NCBI GenBank assembly: GCA_963674705.1
Contig: OY771506.1
Span: 3,328,001-3,392,000, forward strand
Origin: Phycisphaeraceae bacterium
Lineage (GTDB): Bacteria; Planctomycetota; Phycisphaerae; Phycisphaerales; Phycisphaeraceae
DNA length: 64,000 nucleotides
Direction: 5' to 3'
Part shown: one piece after another, positions 1-10,390 of the stretch
Numbering within the stretch: the stretch's first letter is position 1
Layout: each line of letters opens with the position of its first letter
Notes under the pieces: generated by a model
What the model was told of the DNA's origin: nothing
Seen by the model: the letters and a program-made list of their open reading frames with translations, nothing else
Databases searched by the model: none
Translations under genes and position numbers: made by a program

Positions 1-558
1 CGGTAGATGTAACACGGGCTTACATACGAGATGCGTCGCAAAGATCGGCATGTCGGTTTCCATCGCCAGGCCGATGATTCCGGGTTTCATGATGCGTGCC
101 GGGCCGTGCGAGCCGTCGACGGTCAGGGCGAGAACGACCTCCTTGCGTTTTTTCAGGTAGCTGACAAGTTGTTGGAGTATCGGCGTTCGACGGCTCTTGC
201 CACGTGATGAGCCGCCGCGAAACACGTGATACTTTTGAAGATTTAATACAGCCGTGATGACCTCGCCGATATCGCTTCGGCTGGCGAGCGTGGTGGGGCG
301 CAGTTCGCGGCAGCATCGGCCGGCAAGGATCGCGTTGTCGTGCCAGATGGCGACGACGACGTTGCCATGCTTTAAGACCGCTCTAACACCCCGGCCCATG
401 CCATAACTCTCGACCCGGCTCGTGTGCCAGACCAGGCCCATGTACAGGTAATAAAGCAGGCCGATCACGCGCGCCGTGACCCACACAGCAGGCTTACTGA
501 GCTTTTTACGCGTTTGCCGCGAGTGATACTTGATGTGCCAGAAGATTCTTGGAGCCAT
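1..558 (-). CDS. DUF374-like lysophospholipid acyltransferase family protein (runs off window start)
   Basis: Translated by hand (not in ORF track): MAPRIFWHIKY...VVAIWHDNAIL...LASRSDIGEVI...FRGGSSRG...LALTVDGSHGPARIMKPGIIGLA; WH, SxSxxG, RGxSS and TxDGxxGP motifs fit this family. Confidence 0.75.
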   Translation of the reverse strand, partial: MAPRIFWHIKYHSRQTRKKLSKPAVWVTARVIGLLYYLYMGLVWHTSRVESYGMGRGVRAVLKHGNVVVAIWHDNAILAGRCCRELRPTTLASRSDIGEVITAVLNLQKYHVFRGGSSRGKSRRTPILQQLVSYLKKRKEVVLALTVDGSHGPARIMKPGIIGLAMETDMPIFATHLVCKPVLHLP

Positions 559-580
559 GAGTGTGCCGGGAAAAACTCAC

Positions 581-696
581 TCCTTCTCCCCTTGGGAGAG
601 GGCCGGGGTGAGGACCTCTGTTCGTTGTTTGCCGGGAGAGAATACGATCACGCAATCCACCCGGCCCTCACCCTAATCCTCTCCCGGGGGGAGAGT
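581..696. repeat. Palindromic repeat family A, inverted pair
   Basis: CCTTCTCCCCTTGGGAGAGGGCCGGGGTGAGG at 582-613 and a reverse-oriented copy at ~660-696. Confidence 0.85.
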
Positions 697-717
697 GGAT
701 AAGGCAAATGATAACGC

Positions 718-749
718 AAAAAAAACAACCCGGCCTTTCGGCCGGGTTG
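718..749 (-). terminator. Intrinsic terminator after gap
   Basis: Stem CAACCCGGCC/GGCCGGGTTG (726-749) with an A-run at 718-725, i.e. a U-tail on the minus strand. Confidence 0.85.
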
Positions 750-775
750 CGTGGTGTGCTTGATCGGGGGATCGA

Positions 776-1984
<1,209 letters not shown>

Positions 1985-2042
1985 TCAAGACGTGATGTAA
2001 CGCTAGACTCAGCCGTCCATAATTCTATAAGAGGCGCGTAGT

Positions 2043-3098
2043 ATGCCACGACGATTAGTACTGTTAACTGAAGGTTCGGCCCGGACGCTGCGGGCGAAGA
2101 CGGCTGTAAGTCTTTTGCGATACAGGCCCCAGCAGGTGGTTGCTGTGCTCGACGCCGAGGAAGCCGGCCAGACCGCTCAGCAGCTGTTCGATGTCGGCGG
2201 GGATATTCCCGTGGTCGGGTCGCTGGACGAGGTGCAAGGTGCTGACACACTTTTAATAGGAATTGCCACGCCCGGCGGATTCCTGCCCGAACCAATGCGG
2301 GCCGTGATCCTCGATGCCATCAGCCGGGGCCTGAACGTCGAGGCCGGACTGCACGCATTCTTGAGTGACGATCCGGAGATATCTCAGGCCGCTTATGCTG
2401 CGGGTGTCACGCTCAAGGATGTACGAAAGAACCAGGAAAGGCGCGTCACCTCCCGCACGGAGTTGAACGATACCTGCCTGCGGCTGCACACCGTGGGCCA
2501 CGACTGCTCCGTCGGCAAGATGATCGTTTCGATCGAGTTGACCAACGCTCTCAAGAAGGCGGGCCACGATGCCAAGTTCGTCGCCACTGGGCAGACGGGC
2601 ATCATGATCGAGGGCGACGGCATCCCGATCGACTGTGTCGTCGCCGACTTCATTAACGGAGCGGCCGAGAAACTCGTGCTCGATCACCAGCATCATGAGA
2701 TGATCCTCATCGAGGGCCAGGGCAGCCTCGTCCAGCCACGTTACAGTTCCGTCACGATGGGTCTGCTGCACGGCTCAGCGCCGCACGGGCTTATCATGTG
2801 TTACGAAATGGGCCGAGAGAAAGTCTACGGCATGGACCACCTGACCATCCCGCCGCTGGCGGAGATCATGAAGCGGTTTGAGTGTGCTGCGGACTACGAC
2901 TACCCGACGAAGTTCATCGGCATCGCGATGAATACCAAGAATGTCAAGAACCTCGACGCGATCGAAGACGAACGCAAACGCTTGCGGGATCAGTTCGGCC
3001 TGCCGGTGTGTGATGTGATCCGTCACGGCTGCGATGAACTGATCGAGGCAGCACGTAAACTGCAGAAAGAACTACGAGGTAGTGGGGTGCTCAAGTGA
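2043..3098 (+). CDS. DUF1611 family protein (DgcN-like, P-loop-like)
   Basis: GIATPGG, GLHAFLSDDPE, VGHDCSVGKM, ATGQTGIMI, DFINGA, IEGQGSL, LLHGSAP motifs. Confidence 0.88.
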   Translation: MPRRLVLLTEGSARTLRAKTAVSLLRYRPQQVVAVLDAEEAGQTAQQLFDVGGDIPVVGSLDEVQGADTLLIGIATPGGFLPEPMRAVILDAISRGLNVEAGLHAFLSDDPEISQAAYAAGVTLKDVRKNQERRVTSRTELNDTCLRLHTVGHDCSVGKMIVSIELTNALKKAGHDAKFVATGQTGIMIEGDGIPIDCVVADFINGAAEKLVLDHQHHEMILIEGQGSLVQPRYSSVTMGLLHGSAPHGLIMCYEMGREKVYGMDHLTIPPLAEIMKRFECAADYDYPTKFIGIAMNTKNVKNLDAIEDERKRLRDQFGLPVCDVIRHGCDELIEAARKLQKELRGSGVLK

Positions 3099-4123
3099 AA
3101 CTGACGCTGCACGAAGCCAACATCCCGATCCGCCACCCATGGACCACGAGCCACGGCACGCGGACCCATCAACGCAACCTGATCGTCGAACTTTCCGACG
3201 ATGGTCTGAGCGGCTTCGGCGAAGGCGCTTCCATCCCGTACTACGGCGTGACGTACGACACCATGAGCGCTGCGCTTGAAGCTGTTCGCTCAAAGATCGA
3301 AAGCGCGACGATCGATGACCCCGCCAAGTTCTGGGACGTGTTCCACCCGCTATTGAAAGACCAGATGTTCGCGCTGTGCGCCCTGGATGAAGCGGCGACT
3401 GACCTGTGGGGCAAGAAGCAGGGTAAGCGTGTCTACGAGCTTTGGGGCCTGGATATGAGCCTCGCGCCGCTCAGCGACTACACGATCGGCATCGACACGA
3501 TCGAGAAAATGGTCGCGAAGATGCAGGAATTCGCGGGCTGGCCGATCTACAAGATCAAACTCGGTACCGATGAAGACATCGAGATCGTACGTGCCCTGCG
3601 CGAGCAGACTGATGCGGTCTTTCGCATTGATGCCAACTGTGGCTGGAATGCGCAGCAGACGATTGATAATTCCAAGGCTCTGAAGGAGCTGGGCGTGGAG
3701 TTTCTCGAGCAGCCGCTGCCGGCAGATGACTGGGACGGGATGAAAAAGGTCTACGCTGAGTCGGTCCTGCCGATCATCGCGGATGAAAGCTGCATCCTCG
3801 AAGCCGACGTCGCCAGGTGCAAGGGATACTTCCACGGCGTCAACGTCAAACTTACCAAGTGCGGCGGCCAAACCCCCGCCAGACGCATGCTCGCACAGGC
3901 CCGTGAACTGGGCATGAAAACCATGGTCGGCTGCATGACCGAAACCAGCGTCGGGATCAGCGCGATCGCGCAACTGCTGCCCATGCTGGATTACGTTGAT
4001 ATGGATGGCGCTTTGCTGCTTGCCGGCGATGTGGCGGATGGCGTGACGATCGACAAGGGTAAAGTCAGTTTGCCCAATACGCCCGGTAACGGCATCACCT
4101 GGCGCGGCGTACTCGAAGCGTGA
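3095..4123 (+). CDS. Dipeptide epimerase / N-acyl-amino acid racemase (enolase superfamily, DgcA-like)
   Basis: KIKLG, RIDANCGW, LEQP, ADES, NVKLTKCGG, GCMTET, DMDG; 4-bp overlap with the upstream gene. Confidence 0.9.
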   Translation: MKLTLHEANIPIRHPWTTSHGTRTHQRNLIVELSDDGLSGFGEGASIPYYGVTYDTMSAALEAVRSKIESATIDDPAKFWDVFHPLLKDQMFALCALDEAATDLWGKKQGKRVYELWGLDMSLAPLSDYTIGIDTIEKMVAKMQEFAGWPIYKIKLGTDEDIEIVRALREQTDAVFRIDANCGWNAQQTIDNSKALKELGVEFLEQPLPADDWDGMKKVYAESVLPIIADESCILEADVARCKGYFHGVNVKLTKCGGQTPARRMLAQARELGMKTMVGCMTETSVGISAIAQLLPMLDYVDMDGALLLAGDVADGVTIDKGKVSLPNTPGNGITWRGVLEA

Positions 4124-4137
4124 ATATATTCCGGTCC

Positions 4138-4260
4138 GTTCTCCCCTCGGGAGCCCCCGGAGTTGGTTAGGATGAGGGCCGGGTGGATGATGCGATCAAT
4201 CAGGTAAAGATCGCATAAATGACTAGCCCTCACCCCGGCCCTCTCCCAAGTGGAGAGGGG
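4138..4260. repeat. Palindromic repeat family A, inverted pair between convergent genes
   Basis: Degenerate copy at ~4138-4186 and CCCTCACCCCGGCCCTCTCCCAAGTGGAGAGGG at 4227-4259. Confidence 0.8.
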
Positions 4261-4289
4261 GTAAGTGTTACGAACATTTGTGAATGTAA

Positions 4290-5402
4290 TCACACCTGGT
4301 CGAAACGCAATACCAGGTCAAACATCTCTGCGTCGATTTCGTGGCCGACGCCGACGTCTTTGATCATCGCCAATTTCAGACTGTCGCAGGTGAACCTGGC
4401 ATCGTAATTGGTCTCGATTGCCCGGCCCATGCCTTCCAGCACGCACAGGTCCACCTTGCGTCGTGTCACCGCATCTGCAAGGTCCGGGTTGATCTGCATC
4501 AGGTCAATCAGCGGGGCCTTGTTGCCGCTGGTGACCAGCTCCAACTGCTGCGACTTCAGTGCGTCTGCGATGATGGTGTCATACTTTGCGATCTTGTCGA
4601 TCAGTTCAACCAACTCGTCATGCGTGACGTCGTTGAGTGTGGGCGTCTGGTTAGCGGTCAGCACGACGCCGATGTCGGTACGCAATAACTCACGCACAAA
4701 CGGGACCATCCCCAGCAGCACATCCGGTCCGGCATTGTCAACGAACACCACGGCACAGTTGTACTTCGGCCCGTACAGCCAGCGGTCGGTCCATTCATCC
4801 AGGTTGTCATAGAACCACGGCCGATCCTTGAGTTTCTTCAAGGTGACATGGAAGTCGACGCTGTCTTCTTTGAACATTTCGTTGGTCTTGACCGCACCCA
4901 GATCGAAAAGGTTGCCGGCAAAGATGCCGCGCATAATCCGCTCGATGCGGGCATTGCCTTCAAGGGAATCGATCTCTTGAAGCACCTTGGGCAGTAGCGC
5001 CAGCGCGATCTCGTTTTCCTGCTCCTTGGCCAAGCGGTAGGGGTCCGGGATACGGGCGTTTCGCAGGCTGCGTTCGCGGGCGTTGCAGATCGCCAGCACC
5101 GTGAGTCGGCCGAACACATCCGGCTCGGCTTCGATCTGCTTGAGGTACGCACCGAACGAGGCATGGGCCTGGGCGCATTGCGTGTCGGCTTCTTCCCGGG
5201 TCAATCCACGGTCCAAAGCATCGACAACCGCCCGGTCCAGCAGGTCCTTGTAGTGGTCGCGGAACAACTGCAACCAGTATTCTCTTCCCTGGTCTGTGTC
5301 GCACAGATTCAAACTGCAACAGACGTAGTTTTCCGGGTCCGCCAGCAGGGGGAACGCCACGGTCTTATCTTCGGCCTCGCTAGGTACTAATGTTTCAGGC
5401 AT
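4290..5402 (-). CDS. ARMT1/DUF89 damage-control phosphatase (PANK4 C-terminal-like subfamily)
   Basis: DPYRLAKEQEN, AGNLFDLG, FVDNAGPD, LNDVT, LEGMGRAIETN motifs. Confidence 0.85.
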   Translation of the reverse strand: MPETLVPSEAEDKTVAFPLLADPENYVCCSLNLCDTDQGREYWLQLFRDHYKDLLDRAVVDALDRGLTREEADTQCAQAHASFGAYLKQIEAEPDVFGRLTVLAICNARERSLRNARIPDPYRLAKEQENEIALALLPKVLQEIDSLEGNARIERIMRGIFAGNLFDLGAVKTNEMFKEDSVDFHVTLKKLKDRPWFYDNLDEWTDRWLYGPKYNCAVVFVDNAGPDVLLGMVPFVRELLRTDIGVVLTANQTPTLNDVTHDELVELIDKIAKYDTIIADALKSQQLELVTSGNKAPLIDLMQINPDLADAVTRRKVDLCVLEGMGRAIETNYDARFTCDSLKLAMIKDVGVGHEIDAEMFDLVLRFDQV

Positions 5403-5448
5403 GGGGGGAGTTTAGTCGGTAGAGGTTAGTAAGTAGTGAGTGGTGTTT

Positions 5449-5520
5449 GTAAAGCCGCGACCAGTGGTCGCGCTCTGCATAATCACCATACAAACGCGCG
5501 GCCAATGGCCGCGGCAATAC
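5449..5520. repeat. REP-like doublet family B
   Basis: GTAAAGCCGCGACCAGTGGTCGCGC ... GCGCGGCCAATGGCCGCGGCAATAC; a second doublet at 11770-11846. Confidence 0.75.
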
Positions 5521-5535
5521 ATTTATTTATGGGCT

Positions 5536-6177
5536 TTATAAACCCACAAAGTTCGACAGAATCTTCATCCCCACACGTTGGGACTTTTCCGGGTGGAACT
5601 GTGTGGCGAAGATCATATCGCGGTGGACCGAAGCGCAGAAGTCGCCGCCGTAATCGGCCCGGGCCGAGATGTCGGACGTTTCTGCGGGCTGCGCGTAATA
5701 GCTGTGGACGAAGTAGACGGCCGAGCCCTGGTCAAGCCCTTCGAGGATCGGGTCGGGCCGGTCCCACTTCAGCCCGTTCCAGCCCATGTGCGGGACTTTT
5801 ACACGCATTCCGCCTCGTTCATTATCAAACAGCACAACCTTGCCCGGCAAGATCCCCAAGCCCGGCACAAGCCCGTCAGGCGGGGCGTCTTCTTCCGAGC
5901 CCTCGAAAAACAGTTGCATCCCCAGACAGATCCCAAGCAGCGGCTTGCCACTTTTTGCATACGCTCGGATCGGATCGGACAGACCCAACTCATCCAGGAA
6001 CCTGATCCCATCGCCGAACGCACCGACACCCGGCAGGATCAGCTTTTCAGCCTGCTCGATCTGCTGCGGTGTATTGATGATCTGCGCGGCTCCGCCCACA
6101 TGCTCGATCGCCTTCTGGACACTGCGAAGGTTGCCCATGCGGTAATCAATAATGGCGATGGGCGATGAGTCGGCCAT
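5536..6177 (-). CDS. hisH: Imidazole glycerol phosphate synthase glutaminase subunit
   Basis: IIDYRMGNLRSV, LPGVGAF, GICLGMQ, PHMGWN, YFVHSYY, QFHPEKS. Confidence 0.97.
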   Translation of the reverse strand: MADSSPIAIIDYRMGNLRSVQKAIEHVGGAAQIINTPQQIEQAEKLILPGVGAFGDGIRFLDELGLSDPIRAYAKSGKPLLGICLGMQLFFEGSEEDAPPDGLVPGLGILPGKVVLFDNERGGMRVKVPHMGWNGLKWDRPDPILEGLDQGSAVYFVHSYYAQPAETSDISARADYGGDFCASVHRDMIFATQFHPEKSQRVGMKILSNFVGL

Positions 6178-6198
6178 AGGTCTACTGTCTGCTTCTTA

Positions 6199-6357
6199 CT
6201 CCCTCTCCCCTTGAGAGAGGGCGGTGCTATCAATTCTTACTCCCTCTCCCCTTGGGAGAGGGTCGGGGTGAGGGCCAGATTCCTCACGTGCTTGGTGTTA
6301 TTGGGATTACACAATCCACCCGGCCCTCATCCTAACCTTCTCCCGAGGGGAGAAGGG
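6199..6357. repeat. Palindromic repeat family A, partial duplicate plus inverted pair
   Basis: TTCTTACTCCCTCTCCCCTTG occurs twice (~6193 and ~6234); reverse copy at ~6318-6357. Confidence 0.8.
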
Positions 6358-6413
6358 ACCGGAAGGCATATCCCACGTATGTGGTAAGCCGAGTATGTAC
6401 CGGGGGCCGGGGG

Positions 6414-7058
6414 CTACTCATTAAGCACGACGACGATCTCGACGCGTCGGCTCTTGTCTTTGGTCCCGCGCTGGTGGGCTTCGCCGAAGCCGGCAGCGTA
6501 CATATTTTCCGCTGCGATCCCTTGGCTCTGCAATTGCCTGTGCACAGCGGCGGCACGTTGCAGGCTCAACTCGAGGTTGTCTTTCCACTTGCTCTTGCGG
6601 ATCGGGTCCGTATCGGTGTAACCCTCTACACGGATAGTGTTGCCCGAGTATTCGCTGCGGATGACGCCGGCGATCTGGTTGAGCGTGGTCTTGGCTGAAT
6701 TCTTCAGATCAACCTTGCCCGAATCGAAGAGGATGTCGCCGGGTACACGTACGGTGACGGTCCCGCCGGTGTTGTAGGCCTCGACGCCGGGGATATTGTC
6801 GAACGCGGTGCCGACGCCGGGCTGAGGCTGGGCGGCCATCTGATTGCGCAGGCTTTCCAGCTCCGCGAGCAGGGCGGAATTATCCCCGCCGGCACTGAGC
6901 GCGGCACGGGCGCGGTCCAGTTCCGCCTGCAGTTCCTGGTTCTGGGCCCAGAGCGCATCGCGCTCGGCTTTAAGTCGATTCGTACAGCCGGTGAGGGTGG
7001 TGAACCCTAACACAGCCAGCAAGCACAGCTTCAGCATCCGTGTCCATTTGCCGTTCAT
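6414..7058 (-). CDS. OmpA/MotB-family peptidoglycan-binding lipoprotein
   Basis: Lipobox LTGC, coiled coil, ILFDSG, VEGYTD, NLELSLQRA, RRVEIVV. Confidence 0.88.
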   Translation of the reverse strand: MNGKWTRMLKLCLLAVLGFTTLTGCTNRLKAERDALWAQNQELQAELDRARAALSAGGDNSALLAELESLRNQMAAQPQPGVGTAFDNIPGVEAYNTGGTVTVRVPGDILFDSGKVDLKNSAKTTLNQIAGVIRSEYSGNTIRVEGYTDTDPIRKSKWKDNLELSLQRAAAVHRQLQSQGIAAENMYAAGFGEAHQRGTKDKSRRVEIVVVLNE

Positions 7059-7109
7059 GACGTCCCTTTCGCTCGCGATTGATCCCAGGGATGCGGGTTT
7101 ACGGCCGCA

Positions 7110-8339
7110 TCATGTATTCAGGTATACAAGAAAGAGTTTATCAAAAATCTCTAATAAAGGCCTAATGAACTCCATGATCGGTTCCCGCCAGATCATCACG
7201 ACCACCGCCGCCCCCGCCAGGTAAGGCCCATAGGGGATGGGCTGGAAGTGCTTTTTCAAGACTGAGGCGATGCCGTACATCATGATCGCCGCCGTCAAAC
7301 CGAAGAAAGGAGCAATGAAAAAGACCGGGACCGCCTCGCCCGGGCCCAGCACCGCACCAATCGCCGCCAGCAGGTGGACATCCCCGAGGCCCATGGCTTC
7401 CTTGCCGAACAGCAACGAGCCGAAGATTCGTGTAAACCAGACCAGGGCGGCCCCTATCAGGTAGCCCTCAACCACGCCCCCCAACACCAGTAACCACCAG
7501 GGCCAGCCCATCGGGCCGCGCGGCCCCAGCCATGCACCGAGCAGGAACCCGATGGTCGGGAAAAACACAAACAAGCACTCTTTGAGCACCTCACGACGTG
7601 CGTGCGGGTAGTGGAACCACGGCACTTCTTCCGCGTTTTCATGCTCTTTCAAATGCACTTCGTAAAGCTTGTCGTAATCGGCAAAGCTCAGCGGGATGAC
7701 CTTGAGTTTCAACAGGATCAGCGATACAGCCAACCCCAGCAGCCCAGCCCCGGCCGCCGTCGTGCCAAGCGGCGGCGCGATCGGCATCAGTCCGATGACC
7801 AAAGGCGTTCCTTGGAGCCAAGGCGGTAAAGAAGTCTGCTGCTTCGTGTAAATGAACATGAATACCGCCAAAGGCAGCACAATCAACGCAACCACCGTCA
7901 CCACCCACGGGATGATCGGCGGGATGATCGATAACTTCGCATCGATCACCGTAGAAGCCAGCAGCGCCGCCAGCAGGACCAGGTGCACGATGAATACCGG
8001 CCAGGTCGCCGTAAAACCCTGCACGCCGAACTGCGGCCGGAGCATTGTCTGGTAATAGATGACAAACAGCCCCGCGAACATCAGTGCCGTGATCGCCTCA
8101 ATCAGGGGGTACTGGAAGCTGATCGGCTCCTTGCAGTACCGGCACTTGCCCCGAAGCCAAAGCCAGCCGAACACCGGCACGTTGTCGTGCCACGCCAGAC
8201 AGTGCCCGCACTTCGGGCAGCGTGACCGGGGTTTGACGATGCTCTTGCCCTCGGGCAACCGATAGATCACGACATTCAGGAAGCTGCCGACGCAGCCGCC
8301 GTATGCCGCCAGAAAAATGAGCCAGAACCAATTGGGCAC
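7110..8339 (-). CDS. Prepilin peptidase (A24A, PilD-like)
   Basis: GSFLNVVIYRLP, RSRCPKC...GKCRYC Zn motifs, ID, MGLGDVHL, IPYGPYLA. Confidence 0.92.
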   Translation of the reverse strand: MPNWFWLIFLAAYGGCVGSFLNVVIYRLPEGKSIVKPRSRCPKCGHCLAWHDNVPVFGWLWLRGKCRYCKEPISFQYPLIEAITALMFAGLFVIYYQTMLRPQFGVQGFTATWPVFIVHLVLLAALLASTVIDAKLSIIPPIIPWVVTVVALIVLPLAVFMFIYTKQQTSLPPWLQGTPLVIGLMPIAPPLGTTAAGAGLLGLAVSLILLKLKVIPLSFADYDKLYEVHLKEHENAEEVPWFHYPHARREVLKECLFVFFPTIGFLLGAWLGPRGPMGWPWWLLVLGGVVEGYLIGAALVWFTRIFGSLLFGKEAMGLGDVHLLAAIGAVLGPGEAVPVFFIAPFFGLTAAIMMYGIASVLKKHFQPIPYGPYLAGAAVVVMIWREPIMEFIRPLLEIFDKLFLVYLNT

Positions 8340-8435
8340 AATAAAACCGGGATTGAAGGATCAGGGATCGGGGACTGCCGCTTGCGGCTTAGCGTTCAGC
8401 AAGACCAATGAATAACATCACGGCACGCCGCCGAT

Positions 8436-8705
8436 TTATTCATCGGCATCTTCGTCCACTTCACCTTGGTTTTCACCATCCACCGACAAGCCCCCGTCTG
8501 CATCGGCGGTCAATTCCGCGATCTTCGCCTGCGCCCCGTCCAGAATGGCCCGGCAACGCTTGATCAGGGCCGACCCCTGCTCGTATCGCTTCAGCGATTC
8601 CTCCAGCCCAATTTCGCCGGATTCGATCTGTTCGATAAGCTCTTCAAGCTGCTCAATCGCATCCTCAAAGCCCAGTTTGTCAGTTTTTGCTGTACGTTTG
8701 GTCAT
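8436..8705 (-). CDS. xseB: Exodeoxyribonuclease VII small subunit
   Basis: FEDAIEQLEELIEQIESGEIGLEESLKRYEQG...C; downstream of xseA. Confidence 0.95.
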   Translation of the reverse strand: MTKRTAKTDKLGFEDAIEQLEELIEQIESGEIGLEESLKRYEQGSALIKRCRAILDGAQAKIAELTADADGGLSVDGENQGEVDEDADE

Positions 8706-8719
8706 GGTGGTATGGAGGG

Positions 8720-8900
8720 ATCGCTAAATGCTAATCGATAATCGTTAATGTTATTCTCAACGCCGGTTCTGAGCGAAGCGAAGGGCCGGGTATCTTGTGG
8801 GGATTAGGGATTAGGGATTAGGGATTAGGGATCAGATACTATCATTTCCTGCTTTCCTGCTTTCCTGCTTTCCTGCTTTCCTGCTTTTCAGTTTTCCAGC
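8720..8900. repeat. Composite intergenic module: degenerate heptamers, hairpin G (8758-8796), (GGGATTA)x4, (TTTCCTGC)x5
   Basis: Read directly: GGGATTA array 8800-8830, TTTCCTGC array 8845-8884. Confidence 0.85.
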
Positions 8901-8903
8901 TTT

Positions 8904-10232
8904 CTAGCTTTTCCCGTCCCCAAACAACCCCGGACCCTCCGCGGGCTTTTCACGTTTGCGGCGTTTCGGGGCAGGGAGGCTGGGCCGGTCGGCTTCCGGG
9001 ATTACCCCATCCACCACCGACTCCACCCGTCCGTCAGCCAATACCGTTGTCAGCCGATCGCCTGACTTGGCATCGTCTGCATGCCGCAGCAGCTTGCCGG
9101 CCGGCCCGAGCGTGTAGGAATACCCGCGTTCAAGCACGTTCTGCGGGCCCACCGCGTTGAGCTGGCGGGCCAAGGCGTCCAGCCGGTTTTTTTCACTGAC
9201 AAGTCGCCGTGGCATCGCCGCATTCAGTCTGCGTGAAGTCTCGGTCAATCGCTGAGAAGCGGCGTCCACGAGCCTGCCCGGCTGGCGGAACAGCGTATGC
9301 CTCGACGCGGCCGACAGCCGGTGCTCCGCATGCTCCACACGCCTGCGCAGCGTCAACGCCAGACGATGCCCGATCTGATGCACCTGGTGCTCCAGCGATT
9401 CCCGGTCCGGCACCAGCGTCATCGCGGCCTGCGTCGGCGTCGCACAACGCAGGTCAGCCACCAGCTCCGCGACCGTCGTATCCGTCTCATGTCCGATCGC
9501 CGCTACGATCGGCAGCCGACACTTGTATACCGCATCCGCGACGATCCGCTCGTTGAAAGCCCACAAATCTTCGATCGATCCGCCACCGCGCGTCAGGATG
9601 ATGGCATCGATCCCGAGTTTCTTGCCATGTTTCGATAGTTGATTGAGCGCCTTGGCGATTTCCGGCGCTGCCAGTTCTCCCTGTACGCGCACGTCGTAGA
9701 GATAGAGCTGGCAGCCGCACCAGCGTTGATGGGTTGTGTTGATCACATCCTGCAACGCTGCGGCCGAGCGGGATGTCACCACCGCGATTCGCGTCGGCAT
9801 CGTCGGGATCGTGAGTTTATGTTCAAGCTCGAAGTAGCCGAGTTCACGCAATTCTTCGATCATCTGCCGAAGCCGCAGTTCCAGCGCCCCCTGGCCGACC
9901 GGCTCGATCTTCTCGACGTAAAGCTGCACGCTGCCCTGCGCATCGTAGAAGTCGATCCGGCCCGTACACACGACCTGCATCCCGTCACGCATCGCAAAGC
10001 CGACCCGCCTCGCGTTCGTGGCAAAACACACACAACGCATCGCCGCACCGTCATCCTTCAGGCTGAAAAACCAGTGCGTCCGGTCCGAAAGGTTGCTGAC
10101 CTCCCCAACCACACGCACCTTCCCCGGCAAACCATCCGCCAACGCCCGCTTGATCCGCCCAGCCAACTCTCCAACCGTCATAGGACGATCGCTGGGGGGC
10201 GTGGATTCGGTTTGGAAAGGGAGTCTGGACAT
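8904..10232 (-). CDS. xseA: Exodeoxyribonuclease VII large subunit
   Basis: VVGEVSN, HWFFSLKD, RGGGSIEDLWAFNE, SAIGHETD-type motif (AAIGHETD), ATPTQAA. Confidence 0.97.
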   Translation of the reverse strand: MSRLPFQTESTPPSDRPMTVGELAGRIKRALADGLPGKVRVVGEVSNLSDRTHWFFSLKDDGAAMRCVCFATNARRVGFAMRDGMQVVCTGRIDFYDAQGSVQLYVEKIEPVGQGALELRLRQMIEELRELGYFELEHKLTIPTMPTRIAVVTSRSAAALQDVINTTHQRWCGCQLYLYDVRVQGELAAPEIAKALNQLSKHGKKLGIDAIILTRGGGSIEDLWAFNERIVADAVYKCRLPIVAAIGHETDTTVAELVADLRCATPTQAAMTLVPDRESLEHQVHQIGHRLALTLRRRVEHAEHRLSAASRHTLFRQPGRLVDAASQRLTETSRRLNAAMPRRLVSEKNRLDALARQLNAVGPQNVLERGYSYTLGPAGKLLRHADDAKSGDRLTTVLADGRVESVVDGVIPEADRPSLPAPKRRKREKPAEGPGLFGDGKS

Positions 10233-10267
10233 GTATGCATACTATCCGGTTGGGACGGTCTAGGGGC

Positions 10268-10390
10268 AATGTCGAATGACGAATGCGCGAATGACGAAAG
10301 AATGACAAATGTTCAAATACCAAATGACCAAACTCGTCATTCGTCATTTGAACATTGATTCGTCATTCGTGGATTCGTCATTCGTGCATT
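10268..10390. repeat. Inverted degenerate short tandem repeats (GAATGAC / GTCATTC)
   Basis: AATGACG-like units at 10268-10330 mirrored by CGTCATT-like units at 10335-10388. Confidence 0.7.
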
